Notes under the pieces: model-generated
What the model was told of the DNA's origin: nothing
The model's input: the letters and a program-made list of their open reading frames with translations, nothing else
Database searches by the model: none
From: Balanoglossus misakiensis
Lineage: Eukaryota > Animalia > Hemichordata
Reading direction: 5' to 3'
DNA: 64,000 nt
Assembly: GCA_040954595.2 (NCBI GenBank)
Contig: CM082581.2
Location: 3,030,699 to 3,094,698 of the forward strand
Position numbers and translations under genes: made by a program
Shown: positions 36,701-50,500 of the stretch, in pieces
Position numbering within the stretch: the first letter of the stretch is position 1
How the letters are laid out: each line of letters starts with the position of its first letter

Positions 36701-39700
36701 CATAAGCGGTCTTACCCGTCATTGGCACAAACAGTCTCAGGAAGTAAGCTTTCAGCCTACCAATGTAGCTATTATATTTTCCACTTTTTGTAAGTGAAGC
36801 CTGACTGTCGCCTGTCTTAGGTCACCACTTCATAAGAGGTCTTACCCGTCATTGGCACAAACAGTCTCAGGAAGTAAGCTTTCAGCCTATCAATGTAGCT
36901 ATTATATTTCCCACTTTTTGTAAGTGAAGCCTGACTGTCGCCTGTCTTAGGTCACCACTTCATAAGAGGTCTTACCCTTCATTGGCACAAACAGTCTCAG
37001 GAAGTAAGCTTTCAGCCTATCAATGTAGCTATTATATTTCCCACTTTTTGTAAGTGAAGCCTGACTGTCGCCTGTCTTAGGTCACCACTTCATAAGAGGT
37101 CTTACCCTTCATTGGCACAAACAGTCTCAGGAAGTAAGCTTTCAGCCTACCAATGTAGCTATTATATTTTCCACTTTTTGTAAGTGAAGCCTGACAGTCG
37201 CCTGTCTTAGGTCACCACTTCATAAGCGGTCTTACCCGTCATTGGCACAAACAGTCTCAGGAAGTAAGCTTTCAGCCTACCAATATAGCTATTATATTTT
37301 CCACTTTTTGGAAGTGAAGCCTGACTGTCGCCTGTCTTAGGTCACCACTTCATAAGCGGTCTTACCCGTCATTGGCACAAACAGTCTCAGGAAGTAAGCT
37401 TTCAGCCTACCAATGTAGCTATTATATTTTACACTTTTTGTAAGTGAAGCCTGACTGTCGCCTGTCTTAGGTCACCACTTCATAAGCGGTCTTACCCGTC
37501 ATTGGCACAAACAGTCTCAGGAAGTAAGCTTTCAGCCTACCAATGTAGCTATTATATTTTCCCTTTTTGTAAGTGAAGCCTGACTGTCGCCTGTCTTAGG
37601 TCACCACTTCATAAGAGGTCTTACCCGTCATTGGCACAAACAGTCTCAGGAAGTAAGCTTTCAGCCTACCAATGTAGCTATTATATTTTCCACTTTTTGT
37701 AAGTGAAGCCTGACTGTTGCCTGTCTTAGGTCACCACTTCATAAGCAGTCTTACCTGTCATTGGCACAAACAGTCTCAGGAAGTAAGCTTTCAGCCTACC
37801 AATGTAGCTATTATATTTTCCACTTTTTGTAAGTGAAGCCTGACTGTCGCCTGTCTTAGGTCACCACTTCATAAGCGGTCTTACCCGTCATTGGCACAAA
37901 CAGTCTCAGGAAGTAAGCTTTCAGCCTACCAATGTAGCTATTATATTTTCCACTTTTTGTAAGTGAAGCCTGACTGTCGCCTGTCTTAGGTCACCACTTC
38001 ATAAGAGGTCTTACCCGTCATTGGCACAAACAGTCTCAGGAAGTAAGCTTTCAGCCTACCAATGTAGCTATTATATTTTCCACTTTTTGTAAGTGAAGCC
38101 TGACTGTCGCCTGTCTTAGGTCACCACTTCATAAGCGGTCTTACCCGTCATTGGCACAAACAGTCTCAGGAAGTAATCTTTCAGCCTACCAATGTAGCTA
38201 TTATATTTTCCACTTTTTGTAAGTGAAGCCTGACTGTCGCCTGTCTTAGGTCACCACTTCATAAGCGGTCTTACCCGTCATTGGCACAAACAGTCTCAGG
38301 AAGTAAGCTTTCAGCCTACCAATGTAGCTATTATATTTTCCACTTTTTGTAAGTGAAGCCTGACTGTCGCCTGTCTTAGGTCACCACTTCATAAGCGATC
38401 TTACCCGTCATTGGCACAAACAGTCTCAGGAAGTAAGCTTTCAGCCTACCAATGTAGCTATTATATTTTCCACTTTTTGTAAGTGAAGCCTGACAGTCGC
38501 TTGTCTTAGGTCACCACTTCATAAGAGGTCTTACCCGTCATTGGCACAAACAGTCTCAGGAAGTAAGCTTTCAGCCTACCAATGTAGCTATTATATTTTC
38601 CACTTTTTGTAAGTGAAGCCTGACTGTCGCCTGTCTTAGGTCACCACTTCATAAGCGGTCTTACCCGTCATTGGCACAAACAGTCTCAGGAAGTAAGCTT
38701 TCAGCCTACCAATGTAGCTATTATATTTTCCACTTTTTGTAAGTGAAGCCTGACTGTCGCCTGTCTTAGGTCACCACTTCATAAGCGGTCTTACCCGTCA
38801 TTGGCACAAACAGTCTCAGGAAGTAAGCTATCAGCCTACCAATGTAGCTATTACATTTTCCACTTTTTGTAAGTGAAGCCTGACTGTCGCCTGTCTTAGG
38901 TCACCACTTCATAAGCGATCTTACCCGTCATTGGCACAAACAGTCTCAGGAAGTAAGCTTTCAGCCTACCAATGTAGCTATTATATTTTCCACTTTTTGT
39001 AAGTGAAGCCTGACAGTCGCTTGTCTTAGGTCACCACTTCATAAGAGGTCTTACCCGTCATTGGCACAAACAGTCTCAGGAAGTAAGCTTTCAGCCTACC
39101 AATGTAGCTATTATATTTTCCACTTTTTGTAAGTGAAGCCTGACTGTCGCCTGTCTTAGGTCACCACTTCATAAGCGGTCTTACCCGTCATTGGCACAAA
39201 CAGTCTCAGGAAGTAAGCTTTCAGCCTACCAATGTAGCTATTATATTTTCCACTTTTTGTAAGTGAAGCCTGACTGTCGCCTGTCTTAGGTCACCACTTC
39301 ATAAGCGGTCTTACCCGTCATTGGCACAAACAGTCTCAGGAAGTAAGCTATCAGCCTACCAATGCAGCTATTACATTTTCCACTTTTTGTAAGTGAAGCC
39401 TGACTGTCGCCTGTCTTAGGTCACCACTTCATAAGCGGTCTTACCCGTCATTGGCACAAACAGTCTCAGGAAGTAAGCTTTCAGCCTACCAATGTAGCTA
39501 TTATATTTTCCACTTTTTGTAAGTGAAGCCTGACTGTCGCCTGTCTTAGGTCACCACTTCATAAGCGGTCTTACCCGTCATTGGCACAAACAGTCTCAGG
39601 AAGTAAGCTTTCAGCCTACCAATGTAGCTATTATATTTTCCACTTTTTGTAAGTGAAGCCTGACTGTCGCCTGTCTTAGGTCACCACTTCATAAGCGGTC

Positions 39701-41599
39701 TTACCCGTCATTGACACAAACAGTCTCAGGAAGTAAGCTTTCAGCCTACCAATGTAGCTATTATATTTTCCACTTTTTGTAAGTGAAGCCTCACTGTCGC
39801 CTGTCTTAGGTCACCACTTCATAAGCGGTCTTACCCGTCATTGGCACAAACAGTCTCAGGAAGTAAGCTTTCAGCCTACCAATGTAGCTATTATATTTTC
39901 CACTTTTTGTAAGTGAAACCTGACTATCGCCTGTCTTAGGTCACCACTTCATAAGAGGTCTTACCCGTCATTGGCACAAACAGTCTCAGGAAGTAAGCTT
40001 TCAGCCTATCAATGTAGCTATTATACTTCCCACTTTTTGTAAGTGAAGCCTGACTGTCGATTGTCTTAGGTCACCACTTCATAAGAGGTCTTACCCGTCA
40101 TTGGCACAAACAGTCTCAGGAAGTAAGCTTTCAGCCTACCAATGTAGCTATTATATTTTCCCTTTTTGTAAGTGAAGCCTGACTGTCGCCTGTCTTAGGT
40201 CACCACTTCATAAGAGGTCTTACCCGTCATTGGCACAAACAGTCTCAGGAAGTAAGCTTTCAGCCTACCAATGTAGCTATTATATTTTCCACTTTTTGTA
40301 AGTGAAGCCTGACTGTCGCCTGTCTTAGGTCACCACTTCATAAGCGGTCTTACCCGTCATTGGCACAAACAGTCTCAGGAAGTAAGCTTTCAGCCTACCA
40401 ATGTAGCTATTATATTTTCCACTTTTTGTAAGTGAAGCCTGACTGTCGCCTGTCTTAGGTCACCACTTCATAAGCGGTCTTACCCGTCATTGACACAAAC
40501 AGTCTCAGGAAGTAAGCTTTCAGCCTACCAATGTAGCTATTATATTTTCCACTTTTTGTAAGTGAAGCCTCACTGTCGCCTGTCTTAGGTCACCACTTCA
40601 TAAGCGGTCTTACCCGTCATTGGCACAAACAGTCTCAGGAAGTAAGCTTTCAGCCTACCAATGTAGCTATTATATTTTCCACTTTTTGTAAGTGAAGCCT
40701 GACTGTCGCCTGTCTTAGGTCACCACTTCATAAGAGGTCTTACCCGTCATTGGCACAAACAGTCTCAGGAAGTAAGCTTTCAGCCTACCAATGTAGCTAT
40801 TATATTTTCCCTTTTTGTAAGTGAAGCCTGACTGTCGTCTGTCTTAGGTCACCACTTCATAAGAGGTCTTACCCGTCATTGGCACAAACAGTCTCAGGAA
40901 GTAAGCTTTCAGCCTACCAATGTAGCTATTATATTTTCCACTTTTTGTAAGTGAAGCCTGACTGTCGCCTGTCTTAGGTCACCACTTCATAAGCGATCTT
41001 ACCCGTCATTGGCACAAACAGTCTCAGGAAGTAAGCTTTCAGCCTACCAATGTAGCTATTATATTTTCCACTTTTGGTAAGTGAAGCCTGACAGTCGCTT
41101 GTCTTAGGTCACCACTTCATAAGAGGTCTTACCCGTCATTGGCACAAACAGTCTCAGGAAGTAAGCTTTCAGCCTACCAATGTAGCTATTATATTTTCCA
41201 CTTTTTGAAAGTGAAGCCTGACTGTCGCCTGTCTTAGGTCACCACTTCATAAGCGGTCTTACCCGTCATTGGCACAAACAGTCTCAGGAAGTAAGCTTTC
41301 AGCCTACCAATATAGCTATTATATTTTCCACTTTTTGTAAGTGAAGCCTGACTGTCGCCTGTCTTAGGTCACCACTTCATAAGAGGTCTTACCCGTCATT
41401 GGCACAAACAGTCTCAGGAAGTAAGCTTTCAGCCTACCAATGTACCTATTATATTTTCCACTTTTTGTAAGTGAAGCCTGACTGTCGCCTGTCTTAGGTC
41501 ACCACTTCATAAGCGGTCTTACCCGTCATTGGCACAAACAGTCTCAGGAAGTAAGCTTTCAGCCTACCAATGTAGCTATTATATTTTCCACTTTTTGTA

Positions 41600-44500
41600 A
41601 GTGAAGCCTGACTGTCGCCTGTCTTATGTCACCACTTCATAAGCGGTCTTACCCGTCATTGGCACAAACAGTCTCAGGAAGTAAGCTTTCAGCTTACCAA
41701 TGTAGCTATTATATTTTCCACTTTTTGTAAGTGAAGCCTGACTGTCGTCTGTCTTAGGTCACCACTTCATAAGAGGTCTTACCCGTCATTGACACAAACA
41801 GTCTCAGGAAGTAAGCTTTCAGCCTACCAATGTAGCTATTATATTTTCCACTTTTTGTAAGTGAAGCCTGACTGTCGCCTGTCTTAGGTCACCACTTCAT
41901 AAGCGATCTTACCCGTCATTGGCACAAACAGTCTCAGGAAGTAAGCTTTCAGCCTACCAATGTAGCTATTATATTTTCCACTTTTTGTAAGTGAAGCCTG
42001 ACTGTCGCCTGTCTTAGGTCACCACTTCATAAGCGGTCTTACCCGTCATTGGCACAAACAGTCTCAGGAAGTAAGCTTTCAGCCTACCAATGTAGCTATT
42101 ATATTTTCCACTTTTTGTAAGTGAAGCCTGACTGTCGCCTGTCTTATGTCACCACTTCATAAGCGGTCTTACCCGTCATTGGCACAAACAGTCTCAGGAA
42201 GTAAGCTTTCAGCCTACCAATGTAGCTATTATATTTTCCACTTTTTGTAAGTGAAGCCTGACTGTCGCCTGCCTTAGGTCACCACTTAATAAGAGGTCTT
42301 ACCCGTCATTGGCACAAACAGTCTCAGGAAGTAAGCTTTCAGCCTACCAATGTAGCTATTATATTTTCCACTTTTTGTAAGTGAAGCCTGACTGTCGCCT
42401 GTCTTAGGTCACCACTTCATAAGCGGTCTTACCCGTCATTGGCACAAACAGTCTCAGGAAGTAAGCTTTCAGCCTACCAATGTAGCTATTATATTTTCCA
42501 CTTTTTGTAAGTGAAGCCTGACTGTCGCCTGTCTTAGGTCACCACTTCATAAGAGGTCTTACCCGTCATTGACACAAACAGTCTCAGGAAGTAAGCTTTC
42601 AGCCTACCAATGTAACTGTTATATTTTCCATTTTTTGTAAGTGAAGCCTGACTGTCGCCTGTCTTAGGTCACCACTTCATAAGAGGTCTTACCCGTCATT
42701 GACACAAACAGTCTCAGGAAGTAAGCTTTCAGCCTACCAATGTAGCTATTATATTTTCCATTTTTTGTAAGTGAAGCCTGACTGTCGCCTGTCTTAGGTC
42801 ACCACTTCATAAGCGGTCTTACCCGTCATTGGCACAAACAGTCTCAGGAAGTAAGCTTTCAGCCTACCAATGTAGCTATTATATTTTCCACTTTTTGTAA
42901 GTGAAGCCTGACTGTCGCCTGTCTTAGGTCACCACTTCATAAGCGATCTTACCCGTCATTGGCACAAACAGTCTCAGGAAGTAAGCTTTCAGCCTACCAA
43001 TGTAGCTATTATATTTTCCACTTTTTGTAAGTGAAGCCTGACTGTCGCCTGTCTTAGGTCACCACTTCATAAGCAGTCTTACTCGTCATTGGCACAAACA
43101 GTCTCAGGAAGTAAGCTTTCAGCCTACCAATGTAGCTGTTATATTTTCCACTTTTTGTAAGTGAAGCCTGACTGTCGCCTGTCTTAGGTCACCACTTCAT
43201 AAGAGGTCTTACCCGTCATTGACACAAACAGTCTCAGGAAGTAAGCTTTCAGCCTACCAATGTAACTGTTATATTTTCCACTTTTTGTAAGTGAAGCCTG
43301 ACTGTCGCCTGTCTTAGGTCACCACTTCATAAGAGGTCTTACCCGTCATTGACACAAACAGTCTCAGGAAGTAAGCTTTCAGCCTACCAATGTAACTGTT
43401 ATATTTTCCATTTTTTGTAAGTGAAGCCTGACTGTCGCCTGTCTTAGGTCACCACTTCATAAGAGGTCTTACCCGTCATTGACACAAACAGTCTCAGGAA
43501 GTAAGCTTTCAGCCTACCAATGTAGCTATTATATTTTCCATTTTTTGTAAGTGAAGCCTGACTGTCGCCTGTCTTAGGTCACCACTTCATAAGAGGTCTT
43601 ACCCGTCATTGACACAAACAGTCTCAGGAAGTAAGCTTTCAGCCTACCAATGTAGCTATTATATTTTCCATTTTTTGTAAGTGAAGCCTGACTGTCGCCT
43701 GTCTTAGGTCACCACTTCATAAGCGATCTTACCCGTCATTGGCACAAACAGTCTCAGGAAGTAAGCTTTCAGCCTACCAATGTAGCTATTATATTTACCA
43801 CTTTTTGTAAGTGAAGCCTGACTGTCGCCTGTCTTAGGTCACCACTTCATAAGCGGTCTTACCCGTCATTGGCACAAACAGTCTCAGGAAGTAAGCTTTC
43901 AGCCTACCAATGTAGCTATTATATTTTCCACTTTTTGTAAGTGAAGCCTGACTGTCGCCTGTCTTATGTCACCACTTCATAAGCGGTCTTACCCGTCATT
44001 GGCACAAACAGTCTCAGGAAGTAAGCTTTCAGCCTACCAATGTAGCTATTATATTTACCACTTTTTGTAAGTGAAGCCTGACTGTCGCCTGTCTTAGGTC
44101 ACCACTTCATAAGAGGTCTTACCCGTAATTGGCACAAACAGTCTCAGGAAGTAAGCTTTCAGCCTACCAATGTAGCTATTATATTTTCCATTTTTTGTAA
44201 GTGAAGCCTGACTGTCACCTGTCTTAGGTCACCACTTCATAAGCGGTCTTACTCGTCATTGGCACAAACAGTCTCAGGAAGTAAGCTTTCAGCCTACCAA
44301 TGTAGCTATTATATTTTCCACTTTTTGTAAGTGAAGCCTGACTGTCGCCTGTCTTATGTCACCACTTCATAAGCGGTCTTACCCGTCATTGGCACAAACA
44401 GTCTCAGGAAGTAAGCTTTCAGCTTACCAATGTAGCTATTATATTTTCCACTTTTTGTAAGTGAAGCCTGACTGTCGTCTGTCTTAGGTCACCACTTCAT

Positions 44501-47500
44501 AAGAGGTCTTACCCGTCATTGACACAAACAGTCTCAGGAAGTAAGCTTTCAGCCTACCAATGTAGCTATTATATTTTCCACTTTTTGTAAGTGAAGCCTG
44601 ACTGTCGCCTGTCTTAGGTCACCACTTCATAAGCGATCTTACCCGTCATTGGCACAAACAGTCTCAGGAAGTAAGCTTTCAGCCTACCAATGTAGCTATT
44701 ATATTTTCCACTTTTTGTAAGTGAAGCCTGACTGTCGCCTGTCTTAGGTCACCACTTCATAAGCGGTCTTACCCGTCATTGGCACAAACAGTCTCAGGAA
44801 GTAAGCTTTCAGCCTACCAATGTAGCTATTATATTTTCCACTTTTTGTAAGTGAAGCCTGACTGTCGCCTGTCTTATGTCACCACTTCATAAGCAGTCTT
44901 ACCTGTCATTGGCACAAACAGTCTCAGGAAGTAAGCTTTCAGCCTACCAATGTAGCTATTATATTTTCCACTTTTTGTAAGTGAAGCCTGACTGTCGCCT
45001 GCCTTAGGTCACCACTTAATAAGAGGTCTTACCCGTCATTGGCACAAACAGTCTCAGGAAGTAAGCTTTCAGCCTACCAATGTAGCTATTATATTTTCCA
45101 CTTTTTGTAAGTGAAGCCTGACTGTCGCCTGTCTTAGGTCACCACTTCATAAGCGGTCTTACCCGTCATTGGCACAAACAGTCTCAGGAAGTAAGCTTTC
45201 AGCCTACCAATGTAGCTATTATATTTTCCACTTTTTGTAAGTGAAGCCTGACTGTCGCCTGTCTTAGGTCACCACTTCATAAGAGGTCTTACCCGTCATT
45301 GACACAAACAGTCTCAGGAAGTAAGCTTTCAGCCTACCAATGTAACTGTTATATTTTCCATTTTTTGTAAGTGAAGCCTGACTGTCGCCTGTCTTAGGTC
45401 ACCACTTCATAAGAGGTCTTACCCGTCATTGACACAAACAGTCTCAGGAAGTAAGCTTTCAGCCTACCAATGTAGCTATTATATTTTCCATTTTTTGTAA
45501 GTGAAGCCTGACTGTCGCCTGTCTTAGGTCACCACTTCATAAGCAGTCTTACCCGTCATTGGCACAAACAGTCTCAGGAAGTAAGCTTTCAGCCTACCAA
45601 TGTAGCTATTATATTTTCCACTTTTTGTAAGTGAAGCCTGACTGTCGCCTGTCTTAGGTCACCACTTCATAAGCGATCTTACCCGTCATTGGCACAAACA
45701 GTCTCAGGAAGTAAGCTTTCAGCCTACCAATGTAGCTATTATATTTTCCACTTTTTGTAAGTGAAGCCTGACTGTCGCCTGTCTTAGGTCACCACTTCAT
45801 AAGCAGTCTTACTCGTCATTGGCACAAACAGTCTCAGGAAGTAAGCTTTCAGCCTACCAATGTAGCTGTTATATTTTCCACTTTTTGTAAGTGAAGCCTG
45901 ACTGTCGCCTGTCTTAGGTCACCACTTCATAAGAGGTCTTACCCGTCATTGACACAAACAGTCTCAGGAAGTAAGCTTTCAGCCTACCAATGTAACTGTT
46001 TTATTTTCCACTTTTTGTAAGTGAAGCCTGACTGTCGCCTGTCTTAGGTCACCACTTCATAAGAGGTCTTACCCGTCATTGACACAAACAGTCTCAGGAA
46101 GTAAGCTTTCAGCCTACCAATGTAACTGTTATATTTTCCATTTTTTGTAAGTGAAGCCTGACTGTCGCCTGTCTTAGGTCACCACTTCATAAGAGGTCTT
46201 ACCCGTCATTGACACAAACAGTCTCAGGAAGTAAGCTTTCAGCCTACCAATGTAGCTATTATATTTTCCATTTTTTGTAAGTGAAGCCTGACTGTCGCCT
46301 GTCTTAGGTCACCACTTCATAAGCGGTCTTACCCGTCATTGGCACAAACAGTCTCAGGAAGTAAGCTTTCAGCCTACCAATGTAGCTATTATATTTTCCA
46401 CTTTTTGTAAGTGAAGCCTGACTGTCGCCTGTCTTATGTCACCACTTCATAAGCGGTCTTACCCGTCATTGGCACAAACAGTCTCAGGAAGTAAGCTTTC
46501 AGCCTACCAATGTAGCTATTATATTTTCCACTTTTTGTAAGTGAAGCCTGACTGTCGCCTGTCTTATGTCACCACTTCATAAGCGGTCTTACCCGTCATT
46601 GGCACAAACAGTCTCAGGAAGTAAGCTTTCAGCCTACCAATGTAGCTATTATATTTTCCATTTTTTGTAAGTGAAGCCTGACTGTCGCCTGTCTTAGGTC
46701 ACCACTTCATAAGCAGTCTTACCCGTCATTGGCACAAACAGTCTCAGGAAGTAAGCTTTCAGCCTACCAATGTAGCTATTATATTTTCCACTTTTTGTAA
46801 GTGAAGCCTGACTGTCGCCTGTCTTAGGTCACCACTTCATAAGCGATCTTACCCGTCATTGGCACAAACAGTCTCAGGAAGTAAGCTTTCAGCCTACCAA
46901 TGTAGCTATTATATTTTCCACTTTTTGTAAGTGAAGCCTGACTGTCGCCTGTCTTAGGTCACCACTTCATAAGCAGTCTTACTCGTCATTGGCACAAACA
47001 GTCTCAGGAAGTAAGCTTTCAGCCTACCAATGTAGCTGTTATATTTTCCACTTTTTGTAAGTGAAGCCTGACTGTCGCCTGTCTTAGGTCACCACTTCAT
47101 AAGAGGTCTTACCCGTCATTGACACAAACAGTCTCAGGAAGTAAGCTTTCAGCCTACCAATGTAACTGTTTTATTTTCCACTTTTTGTAAGTGAAGCCTG
47201 ACTGTCGCCTGTCTTAGGTCACCACTTCATAAGAGGTCTTACCCGTCATTGACACAAACAGTCTCAGGAAGTAAGCTTTCAGCCTACCAATGTAACTGTT
47301 ATATTTTCCATTTTTTGTAAGTGAAGCCTGACTGTCGCCTGTCTTAGGTCACCACTTCATAAGAGGTCTTACCCGTCATTGACACAAACAGTCTCAGGAA
47401 GTAAGCTTTCAGCCTACCAATGTAGCTATTATATTTTCCATTTTTTGTAAGTGAAGCCTGACTGTCGCCTGTCTTAGGTCACCACTTCATAAGCGGTCTT

Positions 47501-47570
47501 ACCCGTCATTGGCACAAACAGTCTCAGGAAGTAAGCTTTCAGCCTACCAATGTAGCTATTATATTTTCCA
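41600..47570. repeat. Local higher-order duplications: a 21-mer offset (2730 bp) followed by a 9-mer (1170 bp)
   Basis: The GTCTTATGTC block at 41621 recurs at 44351, and AAGCAGTCTTACTCG at 43071 recurs at 45801 (both +2730). The latter recurs at 46971, and TGTAACTGTTTT at 45991 recurs at 47161 (both +1170). Confidence 0.8.
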
Positions 47571-50500
47571 CTTTTTGTAAGTGAAGCCTGACTGTCGCCT
47601 GTCTTAGGTCACCACTTCATAAGCGATCTTACCCGTCATTGGCACAAACAGTCTCAGGAAGTAAGCTTTCAGCCTACCAATGTAGCTATTATATTTACCA
47701 CTTTTTGTAAGTGAAGCCTGACTGTCGCCTGTCTTAGGTCACCACTTCATAAGCGGTCTTACCCGTCATTGGCACAAACAGTCTCAGGAAGTAAGCTTTC
47801 AGCCTACCAATGTAGCTATTATATTTTCCACTTTTTGTAAGTGAAGCCTGACTGTCGCCTGTCTTATGTCACCACTTCATAAGCGGTCTTACCCGTCATT
47901 GGCACAAACAGTCTCAGGAAGTAAGCTTTCAGCCTACCAATGTAGCTATTATATTTTCCACTTTTTGTAAGTGAAGCCTGACTGTCGCCTGCCTTAGGTC
48001 ACCACTTGATAAGAGGTCTTACCCGTCATTGGCACAAACAGTCTCAGGAAGTAAGCTTTCAGCTTACCAATGTAGCTATTATATTTTCCACTTTTTGTAA
48101 GTGAAGCCTGACTGTCGCCTGTCTTATGTCACCACTTCATAAGCGGTCTTACCCGTCATTGGCACAAACAGTCTCAGGAAGTAAGCTTTCAGCCTACCAA
48201 TGTAGCTATTATATTTTCCACTTTTTGTAAGTGAAGCCTGACTGTCGCCTGCCTTAGGTCACCACTTAATAAGAGGTCTTACCCGTCATTGGCACAAACA
48301 GTCTCAGGAAGTAAGCTTAGAGCCTACCAATGTAGCTATTATATTTTCCACTTTTTGTAAGTGAAGCCTGACTGTCGCCTGCCTTAGGTCACCACTTAAT
48401 AAGAGGTCTTACCCGTCATTGGCACAAACAGTCTCAGGAAGTAAGCTTTCAGCCTACCAATGTAGCTATTATATTTTCCATTTTTGTAAGTAAAGCCTGA
48501 CTGTCGCCTGTCTTAGGTCACCACTTCATAAGCGGTCTTACCCGTCATTGGCACAAACAGTCTCAGGAAGTAAGCTTTCAGCCTACCAATATAGCTATTA
48601 TATTTTCCACTTTTTGGAAGTGAAGCCTGACTGTCGCCTGTCTTAGGTCACCACTTCATAAGCGGTCTTACCCGTCATTGGCACAAACAGTCTCAGGAAG
48701 TAAGCTTTCAGCCTACCAATGTAGCTATTATATTTTCCACTTTTTGTAAGTGAAGCCTGACTGTCGCCTGTCTTAGGTCACCACTTCATAAGCGGTCTTA
48801 CCCGTCATTGGCACAAACAGTCTCAGGAAGTAAGCTTTCAGCCTACCAATGTAGCTATTATATTTTCCACTTTTTGTAAGTGAAGCCTGACTGTCGCCTG
48901 TCTTAGGTCACCACTTCATAAGCGATCTTACCCGTCATTGGCACAAACAGTCTCAGGAAGTAAGCTTTCAGCCTACCAATGTAGCTATTATATTTTCCAT
49001 TTTTTGTAAGTGAAGCCTGACTGTCGCCTGTCTTAGGTCACCACTTCATAAGCGGTCTTACTCGTCATTGGCACAAACAGTCTCAGGAAGTAAGCTTTCA
49101 GCCTACCAATGTAGCTATTATATTTTCCACTTTTTGTAAGTGAAGCCTGACTGTCGCCTGTCTTATGTCACCACTTCATAAGCGGTCTTACCCGTCATTG
49201 GCACAAACAGTCTCAGGAAGTAAGCTTTCAGCTTACCAATGTAGCTATTATATTTTCCACTTTTTGTAAGTGAAGCCTGACTGTCGCCTGTCTTAGGTCA
49301 CCACTTCATAAGAGGTCTTACCCGTCATTGACACAAACAGTCTCAGGAAGTAAGCTTTCAGCCTACCAATGTAGCTATTATATTTTCCACTTTTTGTAAG
49401 TGAAGCCTGACTGTCGCCTGTCTTAGGTCACCACTTCATAAGCGATCTTACCCGTCATTGGCACAAACAGTCTCAGGAAGTAAGCTTTCAGCCTACCAAT
49501 GTAGCTATTATATTTTCCACTTTTTGTAAGTGAAGCCTGACTGTCGCCTGTCTTAGGTCACCACTTCATAAGCGGTCTTACCCGTCATTGGCACAAACAG
49601 TCTCAGGAAGTAAGCTTTCAGCCTACCAATGTAGCTATTATATTTTCCACTTTTTGTAAGTGAAGCCTGACTGTCGCCTGTCTTATGTCACCACTTCATA
49701 AGCGGTCTTACCCGTCATTGGCACAAACAGTCTCAGGAAGTAAGCTTTCAGCCTACCAATGTAGCTATTATATTTTCCACTTTTTGTAAGTGAAGCCTGA
49801 CTGTCGCCTGCCTTAGGTCACCACTTAATAAGAGGTCTTACCCGTCATTGGCACAAACAGTCTCAGGAAGTAAGCTTTCAGCCTACCAATGTAGCTATTA
49901 TATTTTCCACTTTTTGTAAGTGAAACCTGACTGTCGCCTGTCTTAGGTCACCACTTCATAAGCGGTCTTACCCGTCATTGGCACAAACAGTCTCAGGAAG
50001 TAAGCTTTCAGCCTACCAATGTAGATATTATATTTTCCACTTTTTGTAAGTGAAGCCTGACTGTCGCCTGTCTTAGGTCACCACTTCATAAGCGGTCTTA
50101 CCCGTCATTGGCACAAACAGTCTCAGGAAGTAAGCTTTCAGCCTACCAATGTAGCTATTATATTTTCCACTTTTTGTAAGTGAAGCCTGACTGTCGCCTG
50201 CCTTAGGTCACCACTTAATAAGAGGTCTTACCCGTCATTGGCACAAACAGTCTCAGGAAGTAAGCTTTCAGCCTACCAATGTAGCTATTATATTTTCCAC
50301 TTTTTGTAAGTGAAGCCTGACTGTCGCCTGTCTTAGGTCACCACCTCATAAGCGGTCTTACCCGTCATTGGCACAAACAGTCTCAGGAAGTAAGCTTTCA
50401 GCCTACCAATGTAGCTATTATATTTTCCACTTTTTGTAAGTGAAGCCTGACTGTCGCCTGTCTTAGGTCACCACTTCATAAGAGGTCTTACCCGTCATTG

